A stretch of DNA of 64,000 bases. Origin: Bilabrum cf. latius (taxonomy: Eukaryota). Location of the stretch: positions 558,001-622,000 of the forward strand of contig OZ237756.1 in the NCBI GenBank assembly GCA_965178125.1. Reading direction: 5' to 3'. The notes below the pieces were generated by a model. That model saw only the letters and a list, made by a program, of their open reading frames with translations, made no database searches and was not told the DNA's origin. Made by a program: the position numbers and the translations under genes. This document shows positions 1 through 13,600 of this stretch, piece by piece (within the stretch, counting starts at the first letter, position 1; each line of letters starts with the position of its first letter).

Positions 1-741
1 CATCTATGCTGCCTTGTGATCTGCTCTATAGATCGCAAGTGCACTGGCGGCGATTTCATCTCCAGCTGCGATGAATGAGAGGATTTGTGCAAAGTTTTAC
101 GGCAACTTGATCGCAAAGTCAGTTTCAGTAGGAGCCAAACCATCAACGTAGCAATACACTTACATTGTGCTCGCACTGGTTCGTCCTCAGCCTCCAATGC
201 CGCACCAACAATCCTTTGGAAAGCTGCTGGATTCGGGTCAATGGCGGTATCTTCACCATCAGCTGAAATGAGGCTGAAGTATCCTGCTGGGTTCCATGCT
301 AGCCACGTTTTGCCTTGTTTGGCGACGTGGCGCGTCATTTCGCCAGCTGCTGCAAGGTCCAATTGGTGGCGCCGCTCACGCCGGGTGAACCTTGCCATTG
401 TATCGATTGATTGAACTTCAACCAACAGCATCCCGAGCACCAGCATGCTAGTCTGCGCGAGCATTGTGTCTGTAAGCTACCGAGAAAATGTCGCTTTCGA
501 TCGGTCCCGGCGGAAAACTCGAAATTGAAACTCTCTCTCCAGTGGTGGTGCCTCACGACCGAACCTTCCCAGCAAATCGGTGAACCCTCTCCACCGGTCG
601 AAGCAAATTGTCTTGGATCACGCAAACACACCAGACACTCTGACCGACACAGGCATGACTTCAAATGCATAGCAACTGTTAATGCGTGTCCTTGATGGTT
701 AGTTAGATTGCTCTGAACTGCAAACGCTGTTCAGCAAACCG

Positions 742-2060
742 ATGGGCAAGCTTGTGGCTACTACGGCAATTAATCGGTCATATATGAGGCCAGGGAAGCG
801 GTATCATGCCCACGGCGATCTATGGTGGGAATCTATGGGTAGTATGCCAGACAATAGGCCGAATCACGATTTTGCATCTTCGTACAAAGCATATGCTCTT
901 CCCGTGATGCTTGGTCGATGTTCGAGCAGCATCGTACATCGCGTGTTGAAGGCCGGTAGCCCTGCAGAATCCACGGATGCCCTGGATGTCCATGATTTTA
1001 TTGCAGCGAACGTACCGCTTGTAAGTTGAAGTTCCCGAAGGTCTGGACAATAGCCATGTTTTGCGAATAGCTGTCAAACTGCAACTATGCTAGCTATGTA
1101 TCACTTTTTCGGAATGCAGTACGAACAGCTTAAGTTTTTTAGGTGCACGATGGTACGATGCATTCGAGAATGCTTGCCAGATGAGCTGGAGCTACTTGTC
1201 TTCTTCGCCGCGGCAAGCCCGCGACGGCAATTCCTGACGAGCGTGAGTTCCACACAGCACTTCCTCTTTATACTACCTATCATGCGCTGTTCAATCACAT
1301 GGCTGCTACTCAAAGCTGCACGCAGCCCCTACGCTCCCGTAGGATCATTAGGACCTTTCAAGACTGGGAATTCGACTGGCGCGATCATCCTGGGCAGAGG
1401 TCTGTGGGCACCTTGGGATGGAGGAGACTTTGGAGACTTTGCATTGTGCCCCTGCTCCATGCCGGGATACCCATGCCTCCTGACTTTGACCATAAAACGG
1501 ATGGCTTATTCAAGGATGGAAGCTCTCTTTGGAGAGTCACGGGCGTCACGCTCGAAGATGAATACAATGGTCTAATGTTTGACCCAACTACGTGGCTCCG
1601 CACCTTGTTTCAGCGACTCACGCCCGAGTAGCTGAAAGGAGTGCAGTACTACAACCCATTCAGGAAGCCCATGCGTCACATGCTCCACTGGCGAAGGGCT
1701 GTGGAGGCCAGAAGAGACGCGGGCATGGTGTTCTAGGCAGCTGCAGAGGGCAGGCCCATGGAGCTGGCCAGGAGGCTGAGGCTAGGCAAGCTCAGGGGCG
1801 GGCACATCAGCCTGGGGCAGATTACCATTGGGGGTGCAGTGCAAGGAGGATACAATGCGCTGACGGCGGCATGCACTGGTGGGCACGGGGCCTGCGTGCG
1901 TGTGCTTGCCGACGGGCTGCTGGATGCAGACGAGTACCTGAAGGGTCGGGATGGTGGTGGGAGGGGCTGCTGGGAGGTGGCTGTGGGGGATGCGGTGGGT
2001 GTGCTGTAGGAGATTCGTGAGGATCCATGGATGCTATGCGGGGACTTACCAGAAGTGTAA
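742..2060 (+). CDS. Host multi-exon protein with a C-terminal ankyrin-like repeat (exon structure approximate)
   Basis: ORF 742-1020 is followed by a GTAAGT donor. The frame of 1299-2060 is open if three TAGs are read through, ending at TAA 2058-2060. It contains NALTAACTGGHGACVRVL (ankyrin-like). Middle exons are unresolved. Confidence 0.5.
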
Positions 2061-2196
2061 CGATAGTATGCCAGCCGGTCTTTGAACCAGGAAGGAAAGT
2101 TCTCGCTGAGACGAAGCTCTTGAAGAAGAAGACAAATCAACACCACCCAAGCACCACGTCGCACTACTAGTAGCATCATTCTTCGATTGCATTAGC

Positions 2197-3522
2197 ATGA
2201 ACGAGATCAAAAAGATTTTTCTTCGCTCAAAACTTGCTGCAGTAGCGCTTGTGGGCGCTGCTCTGGCTTCCTACCCGGTCCCGAAGATTACGATCGACCT
2301 CGATGAGCCTGAGCAGTCTTGGGCGAATGCCGTTCGAACGGTACTACACACGCACGGCTGGGAGCACTCATTCGGCCCTGTATTTGAAGCGCACAATGCA
2401 TCGCTATTCAATAAGCTGACAGGCGAGCAGTGGCAGCTGCTCGCCTCATCTATTCGGACGCATTGGCCCGACAATGCCAAGGACATTCAAGCAATATCTT
2501 CCGCGTTCCAAGCGGAAAAGAACAAAGGATTAATTCCAGCACATGCATCCGTGTCGTTCGAGTATCTGTCGGGGTGGGTCTGGTTTCACGAGCTGGCTCA
2601 CACCGACATGGCGGACTTTGGCGAGCACGCCTCCCCTCCCGGGTGCTGCGGGCTGGTCGCGAACCAAGCGGGCCCCTGGCGCACGAGCGAAGGGCTAGGC
2701 GATATCATTCACGTGCGAAACATGGACCAGTCGCCTGCGCCGCTGCGGAACATTTCCCTGCAGCTGGACTTCGTGCGCGGCGCCGAGCTCCAGTTCCGCT
2801 CCGTGGACTGGTACTGGATCGGATCAGGTGTCATGACCGCGGTCAGAAAGGGAGCGGCCTCCCTCGAGGAGAACTGGCGGTTCGCGAACGTCAGCGCCGA
2901 TGAGGTCTTCAGGGCGGCGGCCAACGGCACGGTGCCCCAGCTGTTCGTCTTCCGGAGGCTGCTGCAGGGCCTGCCGTTGCGCGGCGCCGGTGCCGGTTCC
3001 GCAAGATCGGAGCAGGGGACAGTCAGTGCAAGCACAGCGCCACCGAGCTCCTTTGTCGATGTGACGAGTGCGCTGGAGGGCCTCCGGGTGGCCTCTCCGA
3101 TGTACGTCATCGCGGGGGGGTCTCGCCCGGGCGAGGGTGCAGTGCTGGTGATCCAGACCATGAGGCCTCCGGAGTGCGTGCAGCGGATCGGGAACTGGTC
3201 CTGCGGGTCCGCGGCTCCGGGTCCTGTTGTGCACACACCCTACGATGCGTCCACCGAGGGCTGGATGGTGGCGCAGACAAACTACGACCCCTGGCAGGTG
3301 GATCCGCCTGCTGACGCGAGGAGGACGGCGGCGCTGCGGGTGCTTGCCGGGTCTGGCCAGGTTCTGGGCGGGTCACCACCTGGCTTGCTTGCTGCTGCAG
3401 GGACGTATCCCGTGCATAACCCCGACACTGCCTACACGGCCGTGATGCGAGCAGGGGATGGTTCGCTGGACGCGTGGGTGCGGGAGCAGCTGGTACCATA
3501 GGGTGAGAGTGAGAAGCAGTGA
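2197..3522 (+). CDS. Acid ceramidase / NAAA-like Ntn hydrolase with signal peptide
   Basis: Hydrophobic N-terminus. CCGLVA...HVRNMD resembles the CTSIVA...HGRNLD autocleavage region; also QTNYDPW and D-x-RR. TAG at 3499 is read through to TGA 3520-3522. Confidence 0.75.
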
Positions 3523-3596
3523 GCGAGGTATAGCATGATCAATTGGGCGTGTTCATTCATTGCATGCTATGTTTAACGTCGAGAAGTCTGTGTCAA

Positions 3597-5048
3597 TCAT
3601 GTGCCCGGTCCGGGTCCGGATGCTGCCCCTGCCCCAGCCGCAGCCCCTGCCCCAGCACTCCCCCCCATGTGCCCGAAATCAGGCCGTTTCCTGTGCATGG
3701 CATCCCCGAGCACACGCTCCAGGTCCACCTGCTCGCTTGCATTCGAGCTCTCGTCCGCACTCGTCACACCGCCACTGCCCCCACCCCGGGGAGGCCCCCC
3801 CGTGGCGCTAGAGGCGGGGGGAGACGGCCCCGAAGGCCCCGCCATGCTGGGGTACAGGTCTGATTCACCGCGGATCAGGTCGATCATGTACTCCTCTTCT
3901 TCGGAAGCCCACACGGGAGACCCGTCCCTTCCGGCTCCGGGTCCTGCGGGCAGCAGCACCAGCACGTCCTTCGGCTTGAGACGCCTGGGCACGGGGCCGT
4001 ACCTGCCTGGCTCGGGGGCTTTGGACGACGATCCGGAGCCGGAATCCTTCGATGAAGTGTCATCACCAGCACCCGCACCCGGCGCTGACGCCGGCGCCGC
4101 GGATTCGGAGCCGAATTCGGCCTCGTCCCAATCGTCTGCTGCCAGCCATGCAGAGGAGGACCCAGAACCTCCTCCTCCCCCTTCCTCTCCTTCTCCTTCT
4201 TCCCCGCCGCCGTAATCTAGGTCTAAGATGGCGTCGTATGTTCCCTGGGAAAGCGTCCCGCTCCCCTCGATTTCTCTCTTCATCAATTCGATAAAGTCGG
4301 CAGGCTCCTTGCCCTGCTTCTGCAGCTGAGATCCCCTCCACCTGGCGTGCTGTACGTCGGCTAGATACTAACCGTACTTGTTTCCAAATATGTTGTAGTA
4401 TCCACCGCTGCCAGATGCGCACCCCAAGCACCCGCAGTGCACGTCGACGACGATTTTATCGGGCGGGAGCTCGTGCTTGGGCACCCGGCAGATGCTTGAT
4501 GTCCCGAAATTGTAGTTGCGCGGGTTGATCACGTATGTTGAGCATAGCTTTTCGTATCCTGGTTTCTTCCACTTCGCAATGAGGCCCCCGTCGGCGATTT
4601 TCTCACGGATGCACCACTCGTAAAGGGCTCGGCTGATTTTCTCGTACGTGTAGTACATGTCGTAGATGTATCGCCTGCGATGGTATGGAGGATGCAGCGC
4701 ACCGATTCGAGGCATTCACGATGTGTTATTAAACCTACAATGAACCTCTTGACAGAGTTTTCAAACTCACGATCGCTGCCAGTTGATTTGCTGCACAGGC
4801 CACAGGGCCTCCACCCTTCGCTTGCCCTCGTGAGGCTCTGATGTCGCTGCGAGCCGAAAAAACAGTCCATGTGTTTATATTCAATACTACGATTTGACTC
4901 AATACTAGTATGCAACTCACAGCGAGAAAAAACGAAGAGAGATGGCAACGAGTGTGAACTTACCTTCTCGCATTTCTGCATCAAGGGCCAAGATGACCTC
5001 TTCGATTTCCCCAAAGCCTGCAGGCGCTCGTTTATACCGGTGCGCCAT
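3597..5048 (-). CDS. BUD31: BUD31/G10 splicing factor with acidic C-terminal extension; exons 5048-4964, 4846-4771, 4674-3597
   Basis: Spliced translation MAHRYKRAPAGF...EPHEGKRRVEALWP...RYIYDMYY...LIAKWKKPGYEKLC...ICRVPK...HCGCLGCASG, with canonical GT-AG introns. In-frame TAG at 4368-4370 (NKYG*YLA); stop TGA at 3597-3599. Confidence 0.9.
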
Positions 5049-5372
5049 CTGAAATAAATAATTCGTGCTTTGTTTGCCCTGCTATGCGAATTGCAAGTCC
5101 TCACAAACAGCCACGTTCGCTGAAGAACGTTCGAATCACCGTGATTCCTCGAGGCGGCCCTAAAGTCCCATATTTGGTGATCCAAATCACCATGGCGGTT
5201 CGATTTGCCGGCAGAGTATTCTTGCATGTAAGCTTTCACTGCCTTGCTCTTCCCATATGAACATGGCTGTACGCAGCAATGCACCATTGCAGTTGACTGT
5301 CGCAAGATATCCATCATTCTAGCTTCTTTGCACAACTTGCAGGCTGCTTTCGGCAGTGGTCTTGGGGCAATC

Positions 5373-8300
5373 ATGACCGCCATGAACGTTGGCGTCCATG
5401 GAGCGGCGCTCGGACCTGAAGGTATGAAACGGCTGGCGCTGCGGGACAACGACCCGTCCGTATTGCATCAAGAGGCCGGCGACACCAAGCATGCGGGGCC
5501 AGGCGTCGACACAGATACCAAGAAAATAATTGGATACATGAAGACCATCGCGCGAATCACCAATTCCCCCGAGGAGCAGGACACGATGATCGCTCGAATG
5601 CTCATCGCGTACCAGCACGGCTACCTGGTCGATGCGGCCACCACCGGCGTGATCTGCTCGGTGTGGTATCCCATGATGGACCGACTTGCGAGGTTAATCA
5701 CTGGGGCAACCAAGGGAAAGACGCTGCTCGATGTGGCGCGTGGAGCGGCGGGCGCTGGGGCCCGGGCCTCCCCTGCCCTGGCCGCCGCCGCACTCGTCGC
5801 ATGCATCGCGGCCGAAGGCTCCACTCTGGCGGTGCAGAAGATCGCGGAGGACCTGATGGGCGATCAGCTGGAATCCGAGGAGAACCTCGTCTCGATCGCC
5901 GGGATGGCGCTGTTCGGCACGTGGCAGCCGACCTCGGACGAAGGTTCCTTCAGGGTACAAGACATGCCGGCGGCACTGTCGCGGTGGATCGAGGGCAGCA
6001 GCCCGCGACTGCAGGCGATTCGGGCGTCTTCAGAGAGCTATTGGAGCTGGGTGGCTGCTGGGCTGCCCGTGGCTGCACTAGTGTACGGGGTTGTGCCTCC
6101 CCACCTGAGGCCTCTGTTCGGGCTGACTCAGTACGCCATGGTGCACCTGTGGAGGGAGGTGTAGTGCAATGCATTCGTGCTGAATCGGATCAGGAGGGAG
6201 GCGGAGGAGCAGGGGCTGGGTCCGGAGGACATGCTGCCGAGCGTGAGCCTGCACAGCGAGCAGCTGCTCAGGGCGCTATGGTCCGTGTGTTCCCTGCCCA
6301 TCGACGAAGATGAAGAAAAGCAACTGCTCCGTGATACCGGTCGCAACGGCCGGGGAAGACTGGCTCGCGCCTCGGGCGACTACCCCGAGTGCACGAGGTA
6401 CCGGCTGCCTGCCGCCACCGCCCCGAGCCGTGGAGGCACGGGACTCCAAACCGGAACTGCAGCCGGCCGGCCGGTTTCACCACCCCCGTCCTCCTTTACC
6501 TCTTCGACTGGGTTGCGACCGCTTCTGGGTTCCGCCGAGGCTGACGATCAGGCCATCGGGGAGGTGCTTCGGCTGGACGCGCGGCCGCTCGCCTACTACA
6601 GGCCAGAGGCAGCCGCGCACGACCTGCTTAACGGCTCCGAATCCGGGATCGTCACCATGGAGGACCTCGAGCAGGTCGGCAAGGGGTAGGACGACGACGA
6701 TTCGGAGCCGAATACGGACCGGGACTAGCCGCACGATCCGGAGTCGGAAACCGACCCCGGCGATGCCCATGGCACCACGTGGGGCTCCCACGAACATCCC
6801 ATCGCTGACCCGGCGGCGGCCTTTGGCGTATTCGAAGCGAGGATGGCGCAGGTGTCTCGAAAACTCAGAAAACAGGCTGAGGAGCAGGCGGCCAGGGAAC
6901 AACGGGCCAGCTGGGCAAAGCGGCGGAAGCGGAGGGCCAAGGTCATGCTCGAGGGAAACTCGAGGGGAGCAAGCAACGATTCCGATTCCGAGTCGGATAC
7001 CGGCATGGGTGGCCCCGCACATGCTGAGCGGAACCTTCGTCGGCTCGTTGTTCCCCCGATCGGCTGGTACCGCCCGAGCGACCACTCGGGGCCCCACAAC
7101 CCCGACCCTCTTCTGGCACCCGAATGGGTCCTGCCCGGCGTAGACGGCTGGCTGCACACTGAGGGGCGCGGCGCCGGTTCCGCAGCGGTGGCCCTGGAGT
7201 TAGCTCGAGAGAACACACTGGAGGTGGGTTACGGAACCTACGCCGCCGCTATTCTCCGAGCCAAGATCGCTGCATTTGCGGCACTTGCCCTGCTGCAAGG
7301 CAGTGGCAATGGGAATGGCGATGTCGATGGCGGTGACGATGGCAATGGCGATGACGAGACGAGTGGCGGTCGCAGCGGCGGAGAGATGGGACGGGGAGGG
7401 AACACGAGCGACGAGGACGGCATGTCGGCTGGCGCGAAAGGGCTCGACGACGAGTGCCGGCGCCGCGCATTGCGGAACCTCATCGCCGGTCTGCAGCTGG
7501 CACTCGCGGCCGCCTCCATGGCGGCTCAGCAGGAGGAGGGGGAGGGCCCTTACCTGTCGGGGAAACCAATGGAAGCGGGCGGGGGCATGTTCAGCTACGG
7601 GCCGCTGCATGGTCCCGTGAAGCAGATCAGGCAGGTGATGGCAAAGCGAGCGGCCAACGAGTAGGAGGCCGAGAAGGAGAGGAAACGGGAATTTGGCCCG
7701 CACTCGTCACACTCCGGCGTCCCGCTCCGAGGCCGCACAGTGCCCGGCTTGGGCTTCTTCGCGGGAATGCTCGATTTCCTGGTGCGGGAAGGTGTGACGA
7801 GTGGGGACATTCCCCGGAGCTGGGTGGATTCCAACCAACTGCTGTGGGGGGGATTAGCCGGTGCAGAAATTGGTCGTGGAAGCAGCCGGGAGCAAATCAG
7901 GGAACAAGGCAATGGCGATGCCGGGGGCCACGAAGACAGGGTGGGTCGGCTTGCTCGGTTGTTGCGCGCCAAAGGCATGCCCCCCGAGATGGCCAATGCG
8001 ACCGCGAGACGGGTCTTGCAGGGCGCGGTGAATCGAAGGCGAGCCGAATTGGCGCTGGCCCAGACACAGGGTAAGGGATAGGGATAGGGAGATGGATATG
8101 GAGATGGACAGGGATAGGGAGATGGACAGGGATAGAGATAGGGATAGGGATAGGGATAGGGAAAGGGAAAGGGACGAGGGCAAACAGAAGTTATGATCGA
8201 TGCGGCAAAGGAAGAGGAGGATGAGCTGGCCAGGATTGCAGCCGTGGAGGACACCCAGGCAGCCGCAAACGCCGTGAACTTCATCGCGAACGCACTCGTC

Positions 8301-10505
8301 ACACAGGCGATGGAGCTGGGGGAAGCCGCCGCCATTCTCGAAGATGAGGCCACGTGCACGGCGGTGCACATGAACTCCCGTTCCGGCGCCGCGCAAACGG
8401 AACCGGCTGCTGCGTTCCTGCGCGCCGTCGCAGCAGGGCGGATCGGGAGCGGAAACGCATCGACCACTCCATCTTCATCTGCATCTTCGTCCCAAGATTC
8501 TAATTTGGGCAAGCGAGGTATTTCCCGCGATGAAGCCGACCTGCGGGCTGGTGAGTGCATCGCATTGCAGTGCCTCTCCCGGTTTCCCTCCCAGGCGCAC
8601 GCGGCCCTGGACGGTATCCCCGCAGAGGAACAACTGGCCGCGGGAGAGGGCCCGGTTCCGCACTCGCAGCCGTGCGCGGCGCCGCCAAAGTACCTGAAGG
8701 AGATGGTCGTGGCGTCACCAGAGGGCATGCGTCTGCACGCGGGTAAGTTGCGTGCGTTTTTGGAGCACGCCGCCGCGATGGAGGACGCTGCCGCTGGGAC
8801 GGGAGAAGTGGCCTCTGCTGGACTGAGGGCCTGCGGGCGGGTTCGATCCCGGGAGTGGGGGATGAACACCCTCGTGGACCGGATGTCAAGTTCCGCAATC
8901 GGCGCGGCGCCGCTGCTGCACTGGGCGAACCGGGTGCGAGGGGCGCTCTCCCTCCGCGAGTCTGAGTGCGACCACGAGCGCACCACACCCGGTCGCAAGC
9001 AGGCTGATCCGATCCTCGAGGACCCGGATCGTGCGGACGAGGCGGCGGCGGGCTGGCGCGAGAGGCACGGGGCTAGTCTCCAAACCCCCGGGGGTCACTC
9101 TTTCCACGCCGTGGTGTCCACGGTGGCGCGCGGCGCCGCTTTGCGGAACCGGATGCTGCCTCTGGACTGGTCCTGGATCGTGACGAGCGACCCCACGGGC
9201 AAGCAGACCTGGGTGGATCTGCCTGCCAGCAACCCCGTCACTGAGCTCAAGCGGGAGACTTTGTCCCAGCTAGGAGTGAGCCGGGCCCCACTGGCGCCTG
9301 ATGATGTCGCCGCGCAGCAGCCGCCGGCCGGCAGCGGAACCAGCGGAACCATAGCGATGATGCGCGGCGCCGTTCGTAGCCCAGGGGAACAATCGGCGGC
9401 CGGACTCGGAATGGGAATTCGTGGCAGCACCACAAGGGATGGAGAAGGCCGGACGGCTGCAGACGACGGCTCCGGGGTCCGAACCCCGGACGAGCCATCC
9501 GCCGTGGACGCTGTGCGGGGGTTGGACGCCCAAGACAACGAATCGGAGCAAGACGACACCCATGCCAGGGAACAAGCCAGGGAGCAAATGGAGAGCGAGG
9601 AGCAGCAGGCCCAGGAATTCATGGCTCAGGTGATGGCACGGGCACTTTCCGGAGATCTAGACACGGATCAGGATCATGATCGGGATTAGGGAGACCCAAA
9701 GCAGTCGCAGCAGCAAAGGCGGGCTCTCCGTCGGCCCGGATTGGCCCCCGCGGCAGACCCCGCGCAAATCGCTGCAAACCAACTCGGCCTGATGCACATG
9801 CTCTCGCTAGCAATTAAGCAGTCGTCCAAAGAGCAGGGCGCGCACTCCACCGGGGCTTTCCTGAACCCCACGGTGCAGCGCATTGCGGCGCGTAAGGGAC
9901 TTCTACCCTCGGGTCTGATGCCGCTCGCGGCCATGTGCCACGGGGGGTACTACCAAGTCATAGGGAACAAATCAGATCCAGGGAACAATTCAGATCCAGG
10001 GAACAATGGAGGGTACCCTGCTCGAGGCCTGAGTCCCTTGGACGGCGCGATCGGGGGCGGGGTGAGGCGAGCCAGGGACCGACGCGCAGGTGTGACGAGT
10101 GAGGACGGGGAAGGTGGCGTTGAGGATCTGCCGGAGAGCCCGCAGGACTGGCTGCTAGGAAGTAGTGAGGACCGCGCGGCGGCAGAAGCGGCCATGCATA
10201 CCATCTTGCTGGCGTGGTAGGAGTGCTACTGGGGGGATCCGTTGGGGGCGCATGCCGTGGCGCGGCGGTGGGGGAAGGAGAGGGCGGGGCAGGGTGGCTT
10301 CCTGACCGTGGTCAGGGAACACGTAGGTGGTGGTGGTGGTGGGGGTAGTGGTGGTCCAAGTGGCGGTCATTCGGAGCCGGTGCTGCCGCACCCCGACAAG
10401 GGGACAGACGAGGAGGAGGAGGCGCTGGGAGGTCAAGAGGACGAGGACGTGGACACGATCGGGGGTGTGCTGGGGTACATGCCGACGGATGAGGGCAGAC
10501 AATAA
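5373..10505 (+). CDS. Very large host hypothetical protein (~1710 aa under TAG=Gln)
   Basis: Seven listed ORFs (5244, 6177, 6843, 7740, 8193, 9741, 10242) share one frame and are separated only by TAG. The first TAA is at 10503-10505. Start codon uncertain. Confidence 0.7.
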
Positions 10506-10698
10506 ATATATATGGATTCGTCTTGTATTGTATCCCTCCATGCCTTTTGGGTTGGCCGTTGCAGCGCATTTGGACTGCATTGAGCAAGTCTTGTTTTCAT
10601 AGGTGCACGCTACCATCCGTTGGGGCCGCGCCGACGATCAGGCGATCAGTGGCTCACTGCCGGATTTCTGGAGGTCTAGACCAGAATTCCAGCCAACC

Positions 10699-13600
10699 AT
10701 GACTATGTATGAATCAGATGAACCGTGCATCCGGACCACGTACCGGATTGGGTACTGGGCTGGCACGCTGATGAACGTTGCAGCCATTATCTGGGCACTG
10801 GTAGCGGGGTACCTTTGCTACGGCTCCTCTTGGACCCCCTGGGCCATCATGGCGCTAGCAATTGCTTAGTTAATTGTGCAGCAGTACGGAGATTGGGCCA
10901 TGAACCGGGATAGGTACAACCATACGTACGCTTTCCTCGTGATGCAGTTCTTTTCGCTTGTGGTCCTCGTCACCCTTGGCGCTTCTGCCATCATTGACAT
11001 CCCGAAGGTAAGCCTTGCAACATTGATTGTGTATGGTTTGATTGGCATCTAGGCTGCTGAGAGTGCGTTTCGACGAACCCAGCATGGCCATCGGAGACAA
11101 ATCTTTGGTTTGCGGGGAATCCTTGGCATCGTTTGCCGGTGCATTATACCTGTCAAGGAGTGCATGGAATGGGTTCCAAGATAGTTTGTATCACGCACAG
11201 CTCGAAAGCTTCTTCCGTGCCGCACTTTACAACATCTGCGCAGGCGAAGGAGTACCTGGACGACCACTGGATTTTCCTGCAGGTCAAGGTGATTCCGTTC
11301 ACAACCCTGATCGACGCAAAGCGGGAAACGGAACAGCTCCTTAGAAGCCTGGGAATCATGATTTTCTTCACTGAGGTGCCTGCATTCGTCCTGTTCCACC
11401 GCGCGTGGATGCATTTGGACGGGTTTGCGGGGCTCGCCAAGGGCCAGTTCACGCTGCTGCTCCCCCAAATCGCGGCGATATTTGTATTCGCTGCCACGGC
11501 CGCTTCGCTGTCCATCGCTGGCGTAGAGGTATCCACGTTTGCCACTCCAGTGCACGCGCCGACGCTCGTTGCGGTGTCTGTGCTGTCTTTCCTCGTTGTG
11601 CTCGCCTGCTTTGCCGCGATGATCGGGGCTCTGTTCTGGGGATCCCACCACAGCGCCAACGTGCTGGCGCTGATAATCGTGGCACCGCCAAGCATTTTCG
11701 CTCTGATCGCGGGAATCACGCTCATCGCCAGGGCGGGATAGGTGGAGGACTTTGTCACGCCGCGCTGGGACGACATCAAGAACTTCGTTCCGATCGATTA
11801 CCAGTCCCTCCCTGCTTCCACGTACGTCCTCGACAGCGCAACCCTCATGAAGCAGGCGGGACTTGCCGCGCTCGTGCAGGGCCTGCTGGGCGTCGTGTTT
11901 CTCGTGATCGAGATTCCAGCCATCCAGTGGCAGATCCAGCACACGCTGGGTAGGACCCCAGGCGCCGTGACGGTTGCAACCAACCGGAGGCTGCTGCAGC
12001 AGTACGGCCGCGGGAAAGCGCGCGGCGCCGGTGACGCGGGGGCCCTGGGTTCCGCTGACGGCGTGGTGCCGGGCCAGCAGGGCACGTCCACCGGTGGAGT
12101 GGGCAGCGGCGGCGATGGCGGCGAAGGGAAGGCCGACAGCGACGGCTCGGGTTCCGGCTCCGGATCCGATCGCAGGGGTTCGGAGGCGGTTCCGGGTCAG
12201 GGTGTCCAGCTGGTCAAGAGCTCCACTGGGGGCATCGGTTCCGCAGGGAACGGCGCCGCGGCGCCCTCGGCAGGCACGAACTTGCTGGACGATGACGGGG
12301 CCTCGTAGGGAGGCAACGACGAGGATGAGATCGGGGGACAGGGGGATTCGATGGAGAGCTACTACTCCACCGGTGGATCCAAGGCGGGGAGGGGCGGGGG
12401 CGGCGGCGGGGGAGGGTATGGCTCCTCTGCGGGGGCCGGCGGGATCGGATCAAGCTCTGCACTCGTCAGCGACGACGCGATCGACACGCACCCATCGATG
12501 CGTGTGAGCAGGCCTGCGCCGAAACGGATCATCGATGGGTCCATGACGCCGCTCTTGGAGTGCTTCAGGCCCGCCCTGGCAGACACGTTCCTGACGGTAA
12601 TAGAGTACTGGGCCTGCACTGCCACGGTGGCCGCACTCGTCATCATCGGGCTGGTGCTCATGTCCGTTGGGGTTGCCGTCGTGGAGCGGCAGGCACGGTG
12701 TGACCTGCTGGTGGCCGACGGGGTGCCCATGTCCGTGCACAACTTCACGTTCCCCACGCAGTTCCAGTCGCTGCTCACGTTCAAAAACCACTTCCCGAGG
12801 GGCCAGCTGATTGTGGAGCAGGTGCTCACGGATGAGAGTCCGTACGGGGGAGGCAACTTCGGGGTGCAGGTGCGGCAGTGGTCCGACGACTCCTCCCGGT
12901 TGTTCTCCAGGGAACAATTGCAGGACATGGTCAAGTACGAGGTGCTGATCGCCGACGATGACCCGTTCATGTTCGAGGAGGAGGAGGAGAGCAAATCGAC
13001 CAACGGCCCACCGGGCAGGCGGACGGCCCTGCGCCCTGTGTACAACGCCAACTTGACCGGCGTGTTCCCACCCGTGACCTCAGACAACAGCGAGGGGCTG
13101 AAGAGATGCGACGTGCTCGAGGTCAAGCTGGTGGTTCCCCTGATCAAGAACCCCTTCATCCTGAGCAAAATGAGAAGGGCCAGGGAACAATCGGCCGGGG
13201 AACAAGGAGGCGTCGAGGCGGGGTCGCCGGGCAGGAGGGTGCTGTCCGAGGCGGAGGCAGAGGCGCTTCTGGAGGAGGACCCCGCCACGTGGGGGGAATT
13301 CCCCCAGGGGTCCAGTAGCGGGGTCACCCCCGTGCTGGGGGAACATCAGGCGAGGGAGCTGTGGGCCGTCGCTCGGACCGGCGGGCCGGGGCGAGCGCCC
13401 ACCGCCACGAGTGCCCGCAAGCTGTCCGAGTCCAGGCTGGGGCACCCGGGACCGAACCCCGCTGCGCTGGCGCGGGCCCAGGCCGAGTCGCACGGGTTTC
13501 TATCGCTGGCGGCGCGCGCCATCTCGGGTCTGTTCCTCGGGAGTGAAGGTCCTTCCGAGGTTGCAACCGGCATGCAGGGCAGGCGCATGAGCGCGCAGGA

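Noticed and set aside
1-398. 5' exons of a minus-strand host gene (MARFTRRERRHQLDL...)
   Set aside because: Plausible ATG and splice donor, but it is truncated by the window and has no recognisable domain.
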